A stretch of DNA of 64,000 nucleotides from an uncultured Spirochaetota bacterium (lineage in GTDB: Bacteria > Spirochaetota > Spirochaetia > SZUA-6 > Fen-1364), in NCBI GenBank assembly GCA_963781885.1, contig CAWAHW010000002.1, positions 1,376,001 to 1,440,000 of the forward strand, given 5' to 3'. The notes under the pieces were generated by a model, which searched no databases, was not told where the DNA came from, and was given only the letters and a program-made list of their open reading frames with translations. A program made the position numbers and the translations under genes. This document shows positions 9,484 to 21,117 of this stretch, piece after piece; position 1 is the stretch's first letter; every line of letters starts with the position of its first letter.

Positions 9484-9948
9484 ATGCCGAACAAGAACGA
9501 CTCGACGAACTGCATCATCGGCGAAGGATCCATATTCGACGGGCGTTTTTACGTCAACGGCTCCATTCTCATCGAGGGCAAGTTCCAGGGCGACATCCGC
9601 ACCGACGACCAGCTTATCGTCGGCCCGACGGGAAAGGTGAAGACCGACATCCAGGCGCGCAAGGTGACCATCGCGGGCACCCTCATCGGCAACATCACGG
9701 CCACCGAGGAGGTGACGCTCCTCCACACGGGCAAGGTCCTGGGAAACATCTCCACGCCCAAGCTCAGCGTCGAGCAGGGCGTCATCACGGAGGGCAGGGT
9801 CACCATCACGTCCGGCCAGGCGGAGGACACCCGCAAGATCATCGAGGAGTCGTTCGGCACGGAAACGGAGGACGCATTCGGCTCTCTCATCAAGGAGAAG
9901 AAAAAGGAAAGGATCCGGGAGAAGGAAAAAGAAGAATCCGGCAAATAG
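9484..9948 (+). CDS. Bactofilin (polymer-forming cytoskeletal protein)
   Basis: IIGEGSIFDG...I.IEGKFQGDI...VG..GKV..DI.A..V.I.G...GNI.A beta-helix; AGGAG SD. Confidence 0.92.
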   Translation: MPNKNDSTNCIIGEGSIFDGRFYVNGSILIEGKFQGDIRTDDQLIVGPTGKVKTDIQARKVTIAGTLIGNITATEEVTLLHTGKVLGNISTPKLSVEQGVITEGRVTITSGQAEDTRKIIEESFGTETEDAFGSLIKEKKKERIREKEKEESGK

Positions 9949-9955
9949 GCGCCGC

Positions 9956-10705
9956 ATGATCCGCTTGAAGAACCAGAAGGAGATCGAAGGCATCCGGGAG
10001 TCCGGCAGGCTCCTTGCCTGGACTCTCCGCGAGATTGCCAAAATGGTCGCTGACGGCATCACCACACGCGAGCTGGATTCATTCGCCCGTTCATGGATCG
10101 AGGGGCACGGCGGAAAGCCCGCCTTCCTGGGCTACCAGAATTATCCCGCTTCAGTCTGCATATCGCTGAACAACGAGGTGATCCACGGCATTCCTGGGTC
10201 TCGGAAGCTCCGCAAGGGCGATCTGGTGAGCATCGACCTCGGCGTCATCCTCAATGGCTATTTTTCCGATTCCGCCGTCACGATGCCGGTGGGAGCAACC
10301 ACGGAGAAGCGGGAGAAGCTGATGCGCGTGACGCGCGAATGCCTGGAACTGGGCATCGCAGAAGCGGTCGTCGGCAATCGCATCAGCGATATTTCCCGCG
10401 CCGTCTATGCCCATGCGGCCGGCAACGGCTACGGAGTGGTGCGGGAGTACTGCGGCCACGGAACGGGTTTCGCCATGCATGAAGATCCCCAGGTGCCCAA
10501 CTACGTGGGAGCCGGACCCAATCCGCGGCTGAAAGAGGGGATGGTGCTCGCCATCGAGCCCATGGTGAACGCCGGAACGGGCGACATCGAACTTTTGGAC
10601 GATGAATGGACCGTCGTCACCGCGGACGGGGCGGATTCGGCACATTTCGAGCACACCGTTGCCGTGCTTCGCGATCGAATGGAAATCCTCACGCTTTTCT
10701 ATTAG
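9956..10705 (+). CDS. map: Methionine aminopeptidase type I
   Basis: CISLNNEVIHGIP, DLGV...G.FSDSA, GHGTG..MHEDP, AIEPM, SAHFEHTV. Confidence 0.97.
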   Translation: MIRLKNQKEIEGIRESGRLLAWTLREIAKMVADGITTRELDSFARSWIEGHGGKPAFLGYQNYPASVCISLNNEVIHGIPGSRKLRKGDLVSIDLGVILNGYFSDSAVTMPVGATTEKREKLMRVTRECLELGIAEAVVGNRISDISRAVYAHAAGNGYGVVREYCGHGTGFAMHEDPQVPNYVGAGPNPRLKEGMVLAIEPMVNAGTGDIELLDDEWTVVTADGADSAHFEHTVAVLRDRMEILTLFY

Positions 10706-10717
10706 AATTACCGGTAC

Positions 10718-11308
10718 ATGCGCAAGGAATTCCTCAACTATCAAACGGTGCGCAATGACGCACTGAAGCTGGCGCACCGTATACACGGGGAAGGCTTCCT
10801 GCCCGATGTCATCTACGTCTCGTTGCGCGGCGGGGCGTACATGGGGAACGTCATCAGCGAGTTCTTCAAGATGAAGCGCAAGGATCGCCGGCCCGTCTAT
10901 TACGCCGCCGTGGTGGCCCGCTCCTACCGCGATGTCGGCCTCCAGGACCGCGTCCGGGTCGACGGATGGACCTATGACCCCCGTTACCTGCGCAGCGGGG
11001 ACCGCGTGCTCCTGGTCGACGACATATTCGATTCGGGAAGGACCGTGAACCATCTCGTCGAGATCATCATGGACCAGGGCATCCCGCGGGAAGACGTCCG
11101 CGTGGCCGTCCATGACTACAAGATCCGCCAGTATCTCGCCCGGCAGCTTCCCGTGCAGCCGGACTACTGGTGCCGATTCCACGAGCTCGCGTCTCCCGAG
11201 GACGACTTCTGGATCCACTACACGAGCCATGAACTGGTCGGTCTCTCCGAAGCAGAAAAGAAGGAGCACTACTACGCAGAGGACCCCGAGCTCACCGGCC
11301 TGTTCTAG
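10718..11308 (+). CDS. Type I phosphoribosyltransferase (purine-salvage-like)
   Basis: SLRGG and PRPP loop VLLVDDIFDSGRT. Confidence 0.88.
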   Translation: MRKEFLNYQTVRNDALKLAHRIHGEGFLPDVIYVSLRGGAYMGNVISEFFKMKRKDRRPVYYAAVVARSYRDVGLQDRVRVDGWTYDPRYLRSGDRVLLVDDIFDSGRTVNHLVEIIMDQGIPREDVRVAVHDYKIRQYLARQLPVQPDYWCRFHELASPEDDFWIHYTSHELVGLSEAEKKEHYYAEDPELTGLF

Positions 11309-11321
11309 CCTCGCGCACGCC

Positions 11322-14300
11322 TTGAGCCGGGGGTTCGCCCGCGCGCTCCTTGCAACCGCGCTCCTCCCGGTCCTCACGGTCCTTGCGTGGCCGCAGACGC
11401 CGGAGGGCGCTGCCGCCGCGCGGTCGGGATACATCTTTCTCTCCCTGATTTCGGGCACCTACAACCAGGACCAGACGCTGCGCGTCGAGCCGGTCGGCTC
11501 GATGTTCACATTGCGGTACAGCTTTCGGGACGTGGACGGCAGTGAAGGGCCGTGGATCCGTTTTCGCGAGCCGCTGGTGCTTTCCGCGGCGCCGGGCGAG
11601 GACCGGGAATATCGCCTGATCGTCCGCGCGGAGGGGCAGGCGGGGGAGCTGGAGCGCCGCGAGCTTCAGATACGAATCGACAAGAGGCAGCCTGCTCCGC
11701 CTGCCATCCTTCCCGCGGCGGGTATGTATGGGGACCCGGTGAAGGTGCAATTCCAGTCGGCGCCGGGCACGACGATCTCTTACTCGGTGCAGGGTGACGT
11801 CATGCAGTCACCCGTGGCGTGGGATGGGAGCCCGATCGCGGTCGGCAGGCCGGAAGAGAAAGCGGACTATTTCGTCCAGGCCTACGCGGAGGACGCGGCG
11901 GGAAATCGCAGTACGGTTGCAACCGCGCGATATTCCATCGACACGATGGCTCCCGGACTCGATGTGCTGAGCCCCGTCACCGGGACATTCGGCAACCCGC
12001 AGATCCTTGCCCTCTCATTTCGAAATCTTTCATGGGTCAGATACTCCGACGACGGCTCGGATCCGGCGACAAATGGCATTCCGTACACCGGCCCCGTGAT
12101 GCTGCGCAAGCAGGGTGCGACCCTCATCCGCGTTGCCGCGCAGCCGCGCAGCGCCTCCCAACCGGTCGTCCGTCGCGAGATAAGCTTCACCTATGCGCCC
12201 GAGCCGGGCAACGGCCTGCTTCTCGACGTCGACAGCGGCGCCTACCCGCAGGGGGTGACGGCGCATGTGCTTTCCGCCCCGGCAGGAAGCGTCTATTACA
12301 CGCTCTGGGAGAAAACGCCGTCGGACTCCGATTTCCTTGCCACGACGGGCATCGATTTGCCGGCGAGCGACGCGGTCCCCCGCACGGCAACCCTGCGCAT
12401 GCGCGCCCTCTCGGACGCGGGCGCCTGGGGAGTGGAATACCGATACTTCTATTTCCTTGGCCGTTTCGCGGCTACCCCGCCGACATTCGTGCTCGCCGAT
12501 CCCGAGCCGCTTCGCGGCCCGTCGCGCTTCCAGGTGAGCGCGCCCGAGGATGCACTGGTGTCGGCGACCGTGGATGGGTCGGTTCCCAATCCGCGCGCGC
12601 CGACCGGAACTGATTTCATCGCGATTCCCGCTTCCGCATCGGTCACACTGCGCGCCGTGGCTTTTAATGGGTCGGGTGTGATCGGAACGATGGCGGAGAA
12701 GAAGGTCTCTGTCGCCACGGACGCTGCCGTGAAGCCGGTCCTCAGCGCGGCGGACGGACCTGTGCGCGGAACCTCGGTCTTGACCGCTTCCGCCGCGCCC
12801 TCCGCGGGGCTGGTTTTCGAGATGACGTCGGACGGATCGGACCCGCCGGCGCCCGTATCCGGTTCTCCGCGCCTCTCGCTTCCGCTTGTTTTGCGCGTTC
12901 CCTTCGGCATGCAGCGTACGTTCAAGATCAGGCCGGCATCCATCGACGCCTTCGGTCGGATCGTTGCCCCGGGTGACGTCACGACGGTCGTCCTCAAGCA
13001 GAGGCCGCCGGGGCAGCCTGCGATCTCACCGTTGCCTTCTTCGATCGCGCTGGACGAACCGGCCTCTCTGGCTTTCGCCTCCCCGGCAAAAGCCTTCGTC
13101 ACGATCAGCAATGACGGCACCGACCCGCGCGATCCGGATCCGGCAAAAGACACGCCATCGACCTCCGTCCCGCTGCCGGGGGCGGAAGGCGCGGTCGTTT
13201 CCTACAGGATCAAGTGCCTTGCCGTCGACGACGCAGGGCTCGCAAGCGACGTCTTCGGACCATTCACGTACGTCGTTGACCTGCGGACGCCGCAGCTTCC
13301 CGCCGTGACGGGAATTGCTGACGGCGGAACCTACAACGCACGCCAGATCGCGCCGGCCGTCGTGGACAGCCCGTGGACGGTGCACTACACCTCGAGCGCC
13401 GACGGCACGGTGCCGCCGGCACCCGATGCCCATTCCCCCCTGCTCGCCGGCGCGAGCTTCCGCGGGGAAGAGGGCAGCATCACCACCTTCAAGGTCCGCC
13501 TTCTTGCCGTGTCGAGAAACGGCAAACGCACCGGCGAGCAAAAAGACCTGAGCTTCACGATCGATCTGAAGCCGCCGGATGTGCCGCAGCTTTCCGGCGC
13601 ACCGGACGGCAGCATCTACGCCCGACCGGTGGTCCTGACTCCGGACGCCATGCCGGCGGGCGACACGCTGTACTACTCGGTGGGGACAGGCGGGGCGGAC
13701 GCCCCGGATCCTGTCGCTCAGGGACAGAAGGTTTCCGGGTCGCTGAAATTCGACTCCCCGGATGGGGCGCGCACCGACTATCTCATCCGCGTCGCCACGC
13801 AGGATGAAGCGGGAAACCGCTCCCTATACGATCGGCGCTACCATTTCAGCGTGGATCGCTCCGTTCCCGACGACCCCGAAGTGAGCGGTGCGCCCGATTC
13901 CGGGCTGACGGACAGGCCCGTGACGCTTGCGCTCGCGGCAAGCTCCCCGACGATCGTCTACGAGCTTACCGACGATGGATCGACGCCGCGGCTTCCCACC
14001 CCGTCTTCAACGGCGTACGCATCGCCCATCCTGCTTGCAGGCAAGACAGGCGCGGCCGTGACGTATCGCCTCCTTGGGCGGGCTTTCAATACCCTGGGCA
14101 CGCCCAGCCGCGCAGCGCGAATCGTGACCGTGACAGTGGACCGCACGACGCCAGATGCGCCGGGTGTACCCCGCATGGTCCAGAGCCCCGGGAATCCGTC
14201 CGTGGCGTATCTGGTGTGGGATGCGCCATCCTATGGCCAGGTCTATTACCGCGTCCTCTCCGCAACAGGGAAGGCGGCAGATTATGTGCCTTATGTGGGC

Positions 14301-16648
14301 CCGGTCTCGGTGATGATTCCACCGCCGGGTGGGTCAACCATTGCAGGGGACGCCGTTGTGAAAAGTCCGTCCGGGGCGCAAAGCGCTCCCACGGCATTCA
14401 CGCTTTCCGTCGAAACGCAGCTTGCGCCGCCCACGGTACGCGGAGCCCGGGACGGCGCCCTGGTGACGCAGAAGACCGAGCTCAATATCGCGGCGCCCGC
14501 GGGCGACGTTCGCTACGAGATCGCCACGGACGGGAGCTATCCCCCGGCGGTGACGGCGGCATCGCCGCTCGTGCCCAATCCGCTCGTGCTCGATGCCGCG
14601 GACGGACAGACGGTGAGCGTCATGGTGGCGGCGCGCGCCTTCGATCCCCAAGGAATAGCCCTGCCGTCCACGGAGCTGCGCTTCAGTCTCACCATCGACA
14701 AGACGCCGCCGGATCCGCCCGTTGCGGCGGGCATCGAGGATGGCGCCTACTATCAGGACTCGCAGAAGGTCACGCTGCTCGCCCCGGAGGGGACGATCTA
14801 TTACACGGTTTCAAATGGAACGTCGGTGCAGCTTCCATCGCAAACTCCGGCCGACAAGTACGCCGGGGAGTTCACCCTGGACCCGGACCTGGGCCGCGCG
14901 GTGATCTATCGCATAATCGCCTTCACGGTCGACGATGCCGGAAACAGGAGCCGTGAGATTCGATCGTGGACCGTCACGATCGACCAGCAGATGGTCTACG
15001 TGTCTCCCACCGGCAACGATTACGCGGAAGGATCGCGGGGGCAACCGGTGCAGAGCATCGGCCGCGCTCTCCAACTTGCGTCCGTCATCGTCCCGCAAGA
15101 TGATACTCGCGGCGGCGGGTCGAATACCCGGTGAGCGATCCGATTGCCGTCTCGGGGGACATCTCCATCGTCGGCGGCATGGACCCGTCGACCTGGGTCT
15201 CGCTGGGTTTCGAGAGGTATTCCACGCTGACCGCGGGATCGGGATGGAAGTCCGGGGACGCGTTGATGATCGCAAGCGGGGGAACAGTGTCACTTCGCGG
15301 GCTGGAATTCCTGGGGACCTCGGACAACCCTCCCGCTCTTCTTGCCGTCCACGACGGCGCGGTGCATGCGGAGAAGATCGCCGTTAGCCTGGCGGGACCC
15401 GGCGCGGGCGCGGGGTTGCAGGTAAGCGGCGGCTCTCTTTCCGTTCTCGACAGCAGCCTGAAGGCAACGGGCTCCTGGACGGGGAGCCTCATCTCGCTGA
15501 CGGGCGGCACGGCCACGGTCACCGGCACGGAGCTCGATGGGCCCGCGCAGTCCGCCGACTTTGCCTGCCTGGATCTCACGGATGTAAAAGGCGTTCTCCT
15601 CCAGGGCGTGACCATCAATCCCGGCGCCGGGCAGAAGACGCGCGGCATCCGGGCTCTTCGAGCTGGATTCACGCTCCGTGACAGCAAGGTGCAATCAGGG
15701 TCCGGCGCGCGTGAAGCCGTCGGAGTGGACCTGCGCGAGAGCCAGGCGGAGATAGACGGGACAGATGTCGCGGGCTCGGCCCAGGGTCTTTCTCCCACGG
15801 CGATCCTTGCAAACGGCACGTCGCTGATTGTGACGCACAGCAAGGTCACGGCCGCGGGCATCGCAAGCGCCGTCGGCATCAGTGCGAGGGGCGGAAACCT
15901 CGTGGTGTCCCGCAGCACGTTGCAGGCAAAAGCCGTTGCGGAATACGTCGCCCTGGCGCGCGTGGAAGACGCGCAAGCACTGCTTGCGAACAGTATCATG
16001 CTCGGCGGGAATGCCGGCGAATCCATCTGCGTCCTTTTCAAGGGGGGCCAGGCCGACCTGATCAACAACACGATCCTGGCTGGCACGGGCTCCACATTGA
16101 CTGCCGCATTGTTCGTGCAGGGAGATCAGATTCCGCGCATCATCAACAACATCATCGACCGCGCAGGACCCCGGAAGGGAAACGCGATTGTCGTGATCGG
16201 CGCGGGTCGCCCGGTCTTTGTCCCCGGCGGCCAGGGGCCGGTGATGGTCGCAAACTCCTTCTCCGGCTGGCAGAGCGTGATGCACGTGGATTCCGCGCAG
16301 GGCGCAGGGCCCACGGGCGCGGACATTCCGGACTCCGATGCGCTCAACAATACAGACGCGAGCGCGCCGACGGGCACCGTCCGCGGCAATATCGGCAAGC
16401 CGCCGGAGGCGAGCTTCCAGCAGCCAAGCGGTCCCGACTACAGGCTGGCCGCAAGCTCGGCGTGCATCGACGCAGGAGTCGATGTCGGCGCGCTGACCGG
16501 TCCAGACGGCGCTCCGGCCATAGAGAGCGCGCAAGGGATGGACGTGATCAAGGATTTCGTCGACAGCCCTCGTCCCGCGGCTCAGCCTCGGGCCATACCG
16601 GGACCGCCCCGAGGGTGGGACATAGGAGCGTACGAATACTCTGACTGA
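11322..16648 (+). CDS. Very large secreted protein (about 1770 aa): tandem chitobiase/CHB_HEX_C-type Ig-like repeats plus C-terminal beta-helix; split by two apparent +1 errors near 15084 and 15121
   Basis: TTG start and signal peptide; repeated Y(T)xDGSxP and D.AGN.S motifs; VYVSPTGND..EGSRGQPVQSIGRAL; frames rejoin as LASSSSRKMILAAAGEYPVSDPI; ends SSACIDAG...WDIGAYEY. Confidence 0.8.
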
Positions 16649-16654
16649 CGCCTG

Positions 16655-17791
16655 TCAGCTCGAGGGTCCGGTCCAGGCGGTGCCGCTCAGCACGTCTCCC
16701 GTGCCGGGATCGAATGTCGCGCTCCAGACGCCCTCGCTGTTCGTGCCAACCAGCACAAAGTGGTTGACGCTGTCAACGAGTATTCTCCGGACCGATTCGG
16801 AATAGAGCGCGATCGTGGTCATGCTCATCCGCGACAAGGTCAACGTGCTTGTATTAAAGGTGTAGTAACCGTCGCCGTCAGAGCCTGCAAGGTATATGGC
16901 GTTCCCTCCATCCACGGCATTTGAGACCGTGAGGAAACCGACCGTCACCGAGTTTATCTGGGGAGTGGTGATGGCGGTCCACGATCCACCGCCATTCGAG
17001 GAATAGAAGATGCCGAGAAGCTTGGTGGGAAGGAAAAGCCATCCGTTCTGGCCCACGGTGATGCCGCGGATACTATCGGATGAAGTAATTCCCGTCGGTT
17101 GGACGGCCGCGGCACTGAAGCTCGAAGGGTCACCAGCCGGGCTGCTGTAGACGGTGATGCCCGAGACGGCCCAATATTTCGTCCCATCCCAGGCTACCCC
17201 GGAGATGGGGACTCCAGTGACTCCCTGCAGCCCCGCGGAAGGACTCCACGCGGTGCCGTTGGTGGAATAATACAAACCGAAGCTTCCGTTGGATTCTATG
17301 CAGACGGCAAAGAGCACGTTGTTGCCGTTTGGCGCAGAAAGCAGGTAGATCTGCTTTCCGGTGATGTTGCCGTTGGTGTCACCAGCAGACGTGCTGCTTG
17401 CAAAGGAGTACGACCCGTCAGATTTTTCAAGCCCGGGTATCGTGCCGTCCGGAAGATAGAAGCCACCCCAGGTTGCGCCGTTGAATGTCACAAGGGCGTT
17501 GCAGAGCGCACCGTTTGTCGGGTTGTAGGGGTATCCCGCGACGTTGTTGTTCGGGTTCCAGTTTATCGTTCCGCTTGCAAGCGTCCCCTGGTAGATGCCG
17601 CCGGCCGCGACGTAGTAGTTGTTGTCAGGCGCCTTGGTAATGTCGTATCCCGTCAGCGTCGTCGGCAGGTAATTGTCCACCGTCTTTACTTCGGTTTCTA
17701 TGGTGGAGTATATATTGCCGCCGTCCGCGGTGCAGGAAATGAGACCCGCGGCGGCCAGGATCGCAAAAAGCAGGAGTATACGTGCTTTCAT
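16655..17791 (-). CDS. Lipoprotein, probable beta-propeller with Asp-box-like repeats
   Basis: Lipobox LISC; YYSTNGTAW and YSSNGGGSW motifs. Confidence 0.75.
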   Translation of the reverse strand: MKARILLLFAILAAAGLISCTADGGNIYSTIETEVKTVDNYLPTTLTGYDITKAPDNNYYVAAGGIYQGTLASGTINWNPNNNVAGYPYNPTNGALCNALVTFNGATWGGFYLPDGTIPGLEKSDGSYSFASSTSAGDTNGNITGKQIYLLSAPNGNNVLFAVCIESNGSFGLYYSTNGTAWSPSAGLQGVTGVPISGVAWDGTKYWAVSGITVYSSPAGDPSSFSAAAVQPTGITSSDSIRGITVGQNGWLFLPTKLLGIFYSSNGGGSWTAITTPQINSVTVGFLTVSNAVDGGNAIYLAGSDGDGYYTFNTSTLTLSRMSMTTIALYSESVRRILVDSVNHFVLVGTNSEGVWSATFDPGTGDVLSGTAWTGPSS

Positions 17792-17800
17792 TCCATTCCC

Positions 17801-18421
17801 CTAGAAGTGGTAGAGCGCGCTGAGCGAGACGGCAAGGAAATTGCCGATCCGCTGGTTCGCCGGTGTCGTGGCGTTGAACTGGATGTCGAACCAGTAGTCC
17901 AGATTGACGCCGAACGACCACGATGAGCTGTAAATCCAGTAGAGACTGATGCTTGGCCGCAGGAGAAGGTCGATGGTGGACATGTCGACGTATTTCACGA
18001 TATTCATGCCCGCGCCGAACGTGAGCGGTATCTCGAACGGGTAGAGCGTAAAGACGTATGAAGCTTTTACGATCAAGGGCAGCATGAACAGGGAGTTCAG
18101 GTTCGGCGACCATGTCCCGTCGAAGCCAAACTCTCCGCCGATGCGAATCTGCGGGGCGACATATGCCGCCCACGCCAGCGACAGGATGGGACCTACGGAG
18201 AGATGGGAGGCTGAGCCGGAACCGCCGCTCGGGGCAAGGAGCCATTCGCCGCTGGGGAGGAGGAAAAGGGGGATGAAAACGCCCGCGTTTATCGAGAGCG
18301 TCTGGTCCCCGAGGGAATACTGCGACGGCTGCGCGGTGGTCTTGTCCTCCGCAAAAAGCGGACCGGCGGCGCCGGCAAGCGCGATGAGGAGGGCGCAGAT
18401 CACGACGAGGTGTTTCTTCAC
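17801..18421 (-). CDS. TP0733-family (OmpW-like) outer-membrane beta-barrel protein
   Basis: GTG start with GGGAG SD, signal peptide, YSLGDQTLSINAGVFIPLF, amphipathic strands, terminal LSALYHF. Confidence 0.75.
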   Translation of the reverse strand: MKKHLVVICALLIALAGAAGPLFAEDKTTAQPSQYSLGDQTLSINAGVFIPLFLLPSGEWLLAPSGGSGSASHLSVGPILSLAWAAYVAPQIRIGGEFGFDGTWSPNLNSLFMLPLIVKASYVFTLYPFEIPLTFGAGMNIVKYVDMSTIDLLLRPSISLYWIYSSSWSFGVNLDYWFDIQFNATTPANQRIGNFLAVSLSALYHF

Positions 18422-18471
18422 GATTTCATACTCCCGGTGTCCTTGAATCGTAGCACGCGCGTTCTTCTTAT

Positions 18472-19326
18472 TCAAGTTTCGGCAGCCTCGTCGATGTCCA
18501 GCACCAGGTTGCGCAGCGGTCCATCGACGTCGATCTCCACGCTCCCGCGGGAATCAGGGGTGCGCGGGGTGACAAGGGAGCCGTCCTGCTTCTTTTCCAG
18601 GTCTCCCTGCGGGTAATCGACGCGGCAGAATGGATTGAGGAGACGAACGCGGGCGAAAACGCGCGCGGGAAGGAGGACCGAAAGGCTGCTCCCGGATGCA
18701 TAGATCTGGCCGCTCAGCTTGCGCTGGGGCCGTCCGAGCAGGAGCTCCTGGTTGCCGGATTCCGTGCGCAGGTCGAGAGTTTCGACGTCAAGCTTGCGCA
18801 GGTCCATCCGCGAATCCGCTTCGTGGAGCTGGAAGAAAAGACGCAGAGGGAGCCCGGAGGGCAGGTCCAGTCTCCAGGTATTCTTCAGGTGGATATTCGA
18901 CGGAAAGATGGGCTGGTTCATGGCGATGGAGACCTCGCGGCGCTCGCCGACGATCTCCTGGCTGATGGTGGGCACCCCGCCGGCCCCGCGATGCTCCGTG
19001 ACCAGGCGCGGGGCGTCACTCGACCACGCGGCGAGCAGCCGGCCGTAGGAGAACTGCACGCGAAAGGCGAGCTCCGATGAGGCGTCGTCCACGGCAAGCG
19101 GGAATTGTTCCGTGGTAACGCTCACGACGTCGGCGAAGACCCTTTTTTTCGCCGAGTCGGCAACGAGCATGAACCCGGCGATTACCAGGAGCACGGGCCA
19201 GAGATTCAGGGCGATGGTGATGGCGCCCTTCGATATGAGGAGGAGGTTGTAGCCCAGGAGGAAAACCCCGATGACAAGGGAGAAAACCGACACCAGGAGG
19301 GCGATTCGCTTGGCCAGGGGCTGCAT
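18472..19326 (-). CDS. Membrane protein with LiaF/LiaI-like TM region and beta-rich C-terminal domain
   Basis: GVFLLGYNL...NLWPVLLVIAG TM signature; upstream TTGACA-18-TAGAGT-6 nt-ATG. Confidence 0.6.
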   Translation of the reverse strand: MQPLAKRIALLVSVFSLVIGVFLLGYNLLLISKGAITIALNLWPVLLVIAGFMLVADSAKKRVFADVVSVTTEQFPLAVDDASSELAFRVQFSYGRLLAAWSSDAPRLVTEHRGAGGVPTISQEIVGERREVSIAMNQPIFPSNIHLKNTWRLDLPSGLPLRLFFQLHEADSRMDLRKLDVETLDLRTESGNQELLLGRPQRKLSGQIYASGSSLSVLLPARVFARVRLLNPFCRVDYPQGDLEKKQDGSLVTPRTPDSRGSVEIDVDGPLRNLVLDIDEAAET

Positions 19327-19436
19327 GCGTATACTCTAGGGGGATTGCGCGGGCCCTGTCAACTCAAACCGCAACGGCGTCTCTGGACACGTCCAAGGGG
19401 GGCTGTGTACATTGATGATGGTGAGGGAGGAATTGC

Positions 19437-19796
19437 ATGAGTGATATTGTCCCCAGGAGCAAACTGTCGAAGCAAGGCGTGCAGGGGGTCGTTTCCCTTG
19501 CGGGCGGGGTGGGTGCATTTATCCTTGCCGGCATCACCGGCGGTTTCCTGGGCATCATCATCGGGGGCGTGGTCACCGTTGCCGGTATACTCCTTGCCGG
19601 ATCGAAGCACGAGCGGGGGGCAGGAATCGTCACAACCGTCGTCGGCGCCGCGACGCTTGTCGCGTCACTCCCGGTGCTTCACAGCATCTTCGGCGGGCTG
19701 GTTCACGGGGTCATGATTGGCGCGGGCATCATCCTGGTCGGCGTCGGCGGCTGGTCGCTTTTCAAGTTTTTCCGCGGTTTGAAGACGAGGTCCTGA
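19437..19796 (+). CDS. Small Gly-rich membrane protein
   Basis: GGAGG SD; 4 Gly-rich hydrophobic segments. Confidence 0.75.
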   Translation: MSDIVPRSKLSKQGVQGVVSLAGGVGAFILAGITGGFLGIIIGGVVTVAGILLAGSKHERGAGIVTTVVGAATLVASLPVLHSIFGGLVHGVMIGAGIILVGVGGWSLFKFFRGLKTRS

Positions 19797-19804
19797 TCTG
19801 CCCG

Positions 19805-21117
19805 GTGAGCCAGCCCCGCAAGGTCTGGATGGAGACCTACGGATGCCAGATGAACAAGGCGGAATCCGAATCCATCCTGATCGCGCTCACCGAAGCGGGA
19901 TGGGCGGAAGGAAGCGCCACCGACGCGGAACTTGTCATCCTGAACACGTGCTCGGTACGCGAGACTGCGGAAGAGAGGATACGCGGCCGGCTCGGGTACT
20001 ACCGGCACCAGAAACAGCATCGCCCCCTCACGCTCGTTCTCACCGGATGCATGGCGGAGCGTCTCAAGGCAAAGGTGATCGACGAGCATCCCGAGGTGGA
20101 CGTCGTGGTCGGCACCTTCAGCAAGCGGGAGCTGCTCGCCGCGGTGCGAAGCGCGGAGGAAAAGCAGGCGCCGGTCGTCGCCGCGGCGGAAGAGGAATAC
20201 GCGTTTGCGCCGCTGCATTCGTCGCGCGGCACAAAGGCATTCGTCCCCATCATGCACGGGTGCGACAACTGGTGCACGTACTGCATCGTGCCGAGGGTCC
20301 GCGGCCGTGAAATCTCGCGCTCTCCGGACGCGATCGTCGCGGAAGTGACGGCCCTCTCGCGCCGCGGAGTCAAGGAAGTCACGCTCCTGGGGCAGAACGT
20401 GAACTCGTATGCGTGGCCCTCGGGAGACGGCGCGATTCTTTTCCGGATCTGCTGCGGCAGGTCGAGCAATGCGCGGGGTCCGTGGAATGGCTCCGCTTCC
20501 TCACGTCACATCCCAAGGACCTCTCAGGGGAGCTTCTGGCCGTGATGGCGGAAAGCCGTATCCTGTGCCGGCATATCCATCTCCCGCTCCAGAGCGGCTC
20601 CACCCGGATCCTCGGCCTGATGAACAGGGGATATACCGCCGACCAGTATCGCGAAAAAGTGCGCGCCATACGGTCCTCGCTCAGCGGCGCTTCGATTACG
20701 ACCGATATTCTCATTGGCTTCCCCGGTGAGACGGAGGAGGACTTCGAGGAGACCCTCGCCATGATGGGCGAAATCGGCTTCGACGACGCCTTCACCTATC
20801 ATTACAACCCGCGGGAAGGCACGCCCGCCTTTGACATGCCGGATGCCGTCCCGCCGGACGTGAAGCGCGAGCGGCTCGACCGCGTGATCGAGGCGCAGCG
20901 TTCCATCGGCGCGCGAAAGGCCTCCGAAAGGATCGGCAGGGAAGTTGATGTACTGGTCGAGGGGATATCGAAAAAAGACTCCGGCGAGCTTCTTGCGCGC
21001 ACCGCGTGGGACGCCATGGTGGTCTTCCGCGGAACACCCGACAGAATCGGCGGCTTCGCGCGCGTGCGGCTCGCGTCGCTCGCGGGGAACACTTTCCGCG
21101 CGGAAGCCCTGGCGTAG
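19805..21117 (+). CDS. miaB: tRNA-2-methylthio-N6-dimethylallyladenosine synthase MiaB (frameshift near 20440, likely sequencing error)
   Basis: TYGCQMN, NTCSVR, GCMA, radical-SAM CDNWCTYC; continues in another frame with RFLTSHPKD, HLPLQSGS, GFPGETEEDF and TRAM domain; one T missing in a T run. Confidence 0.92.
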
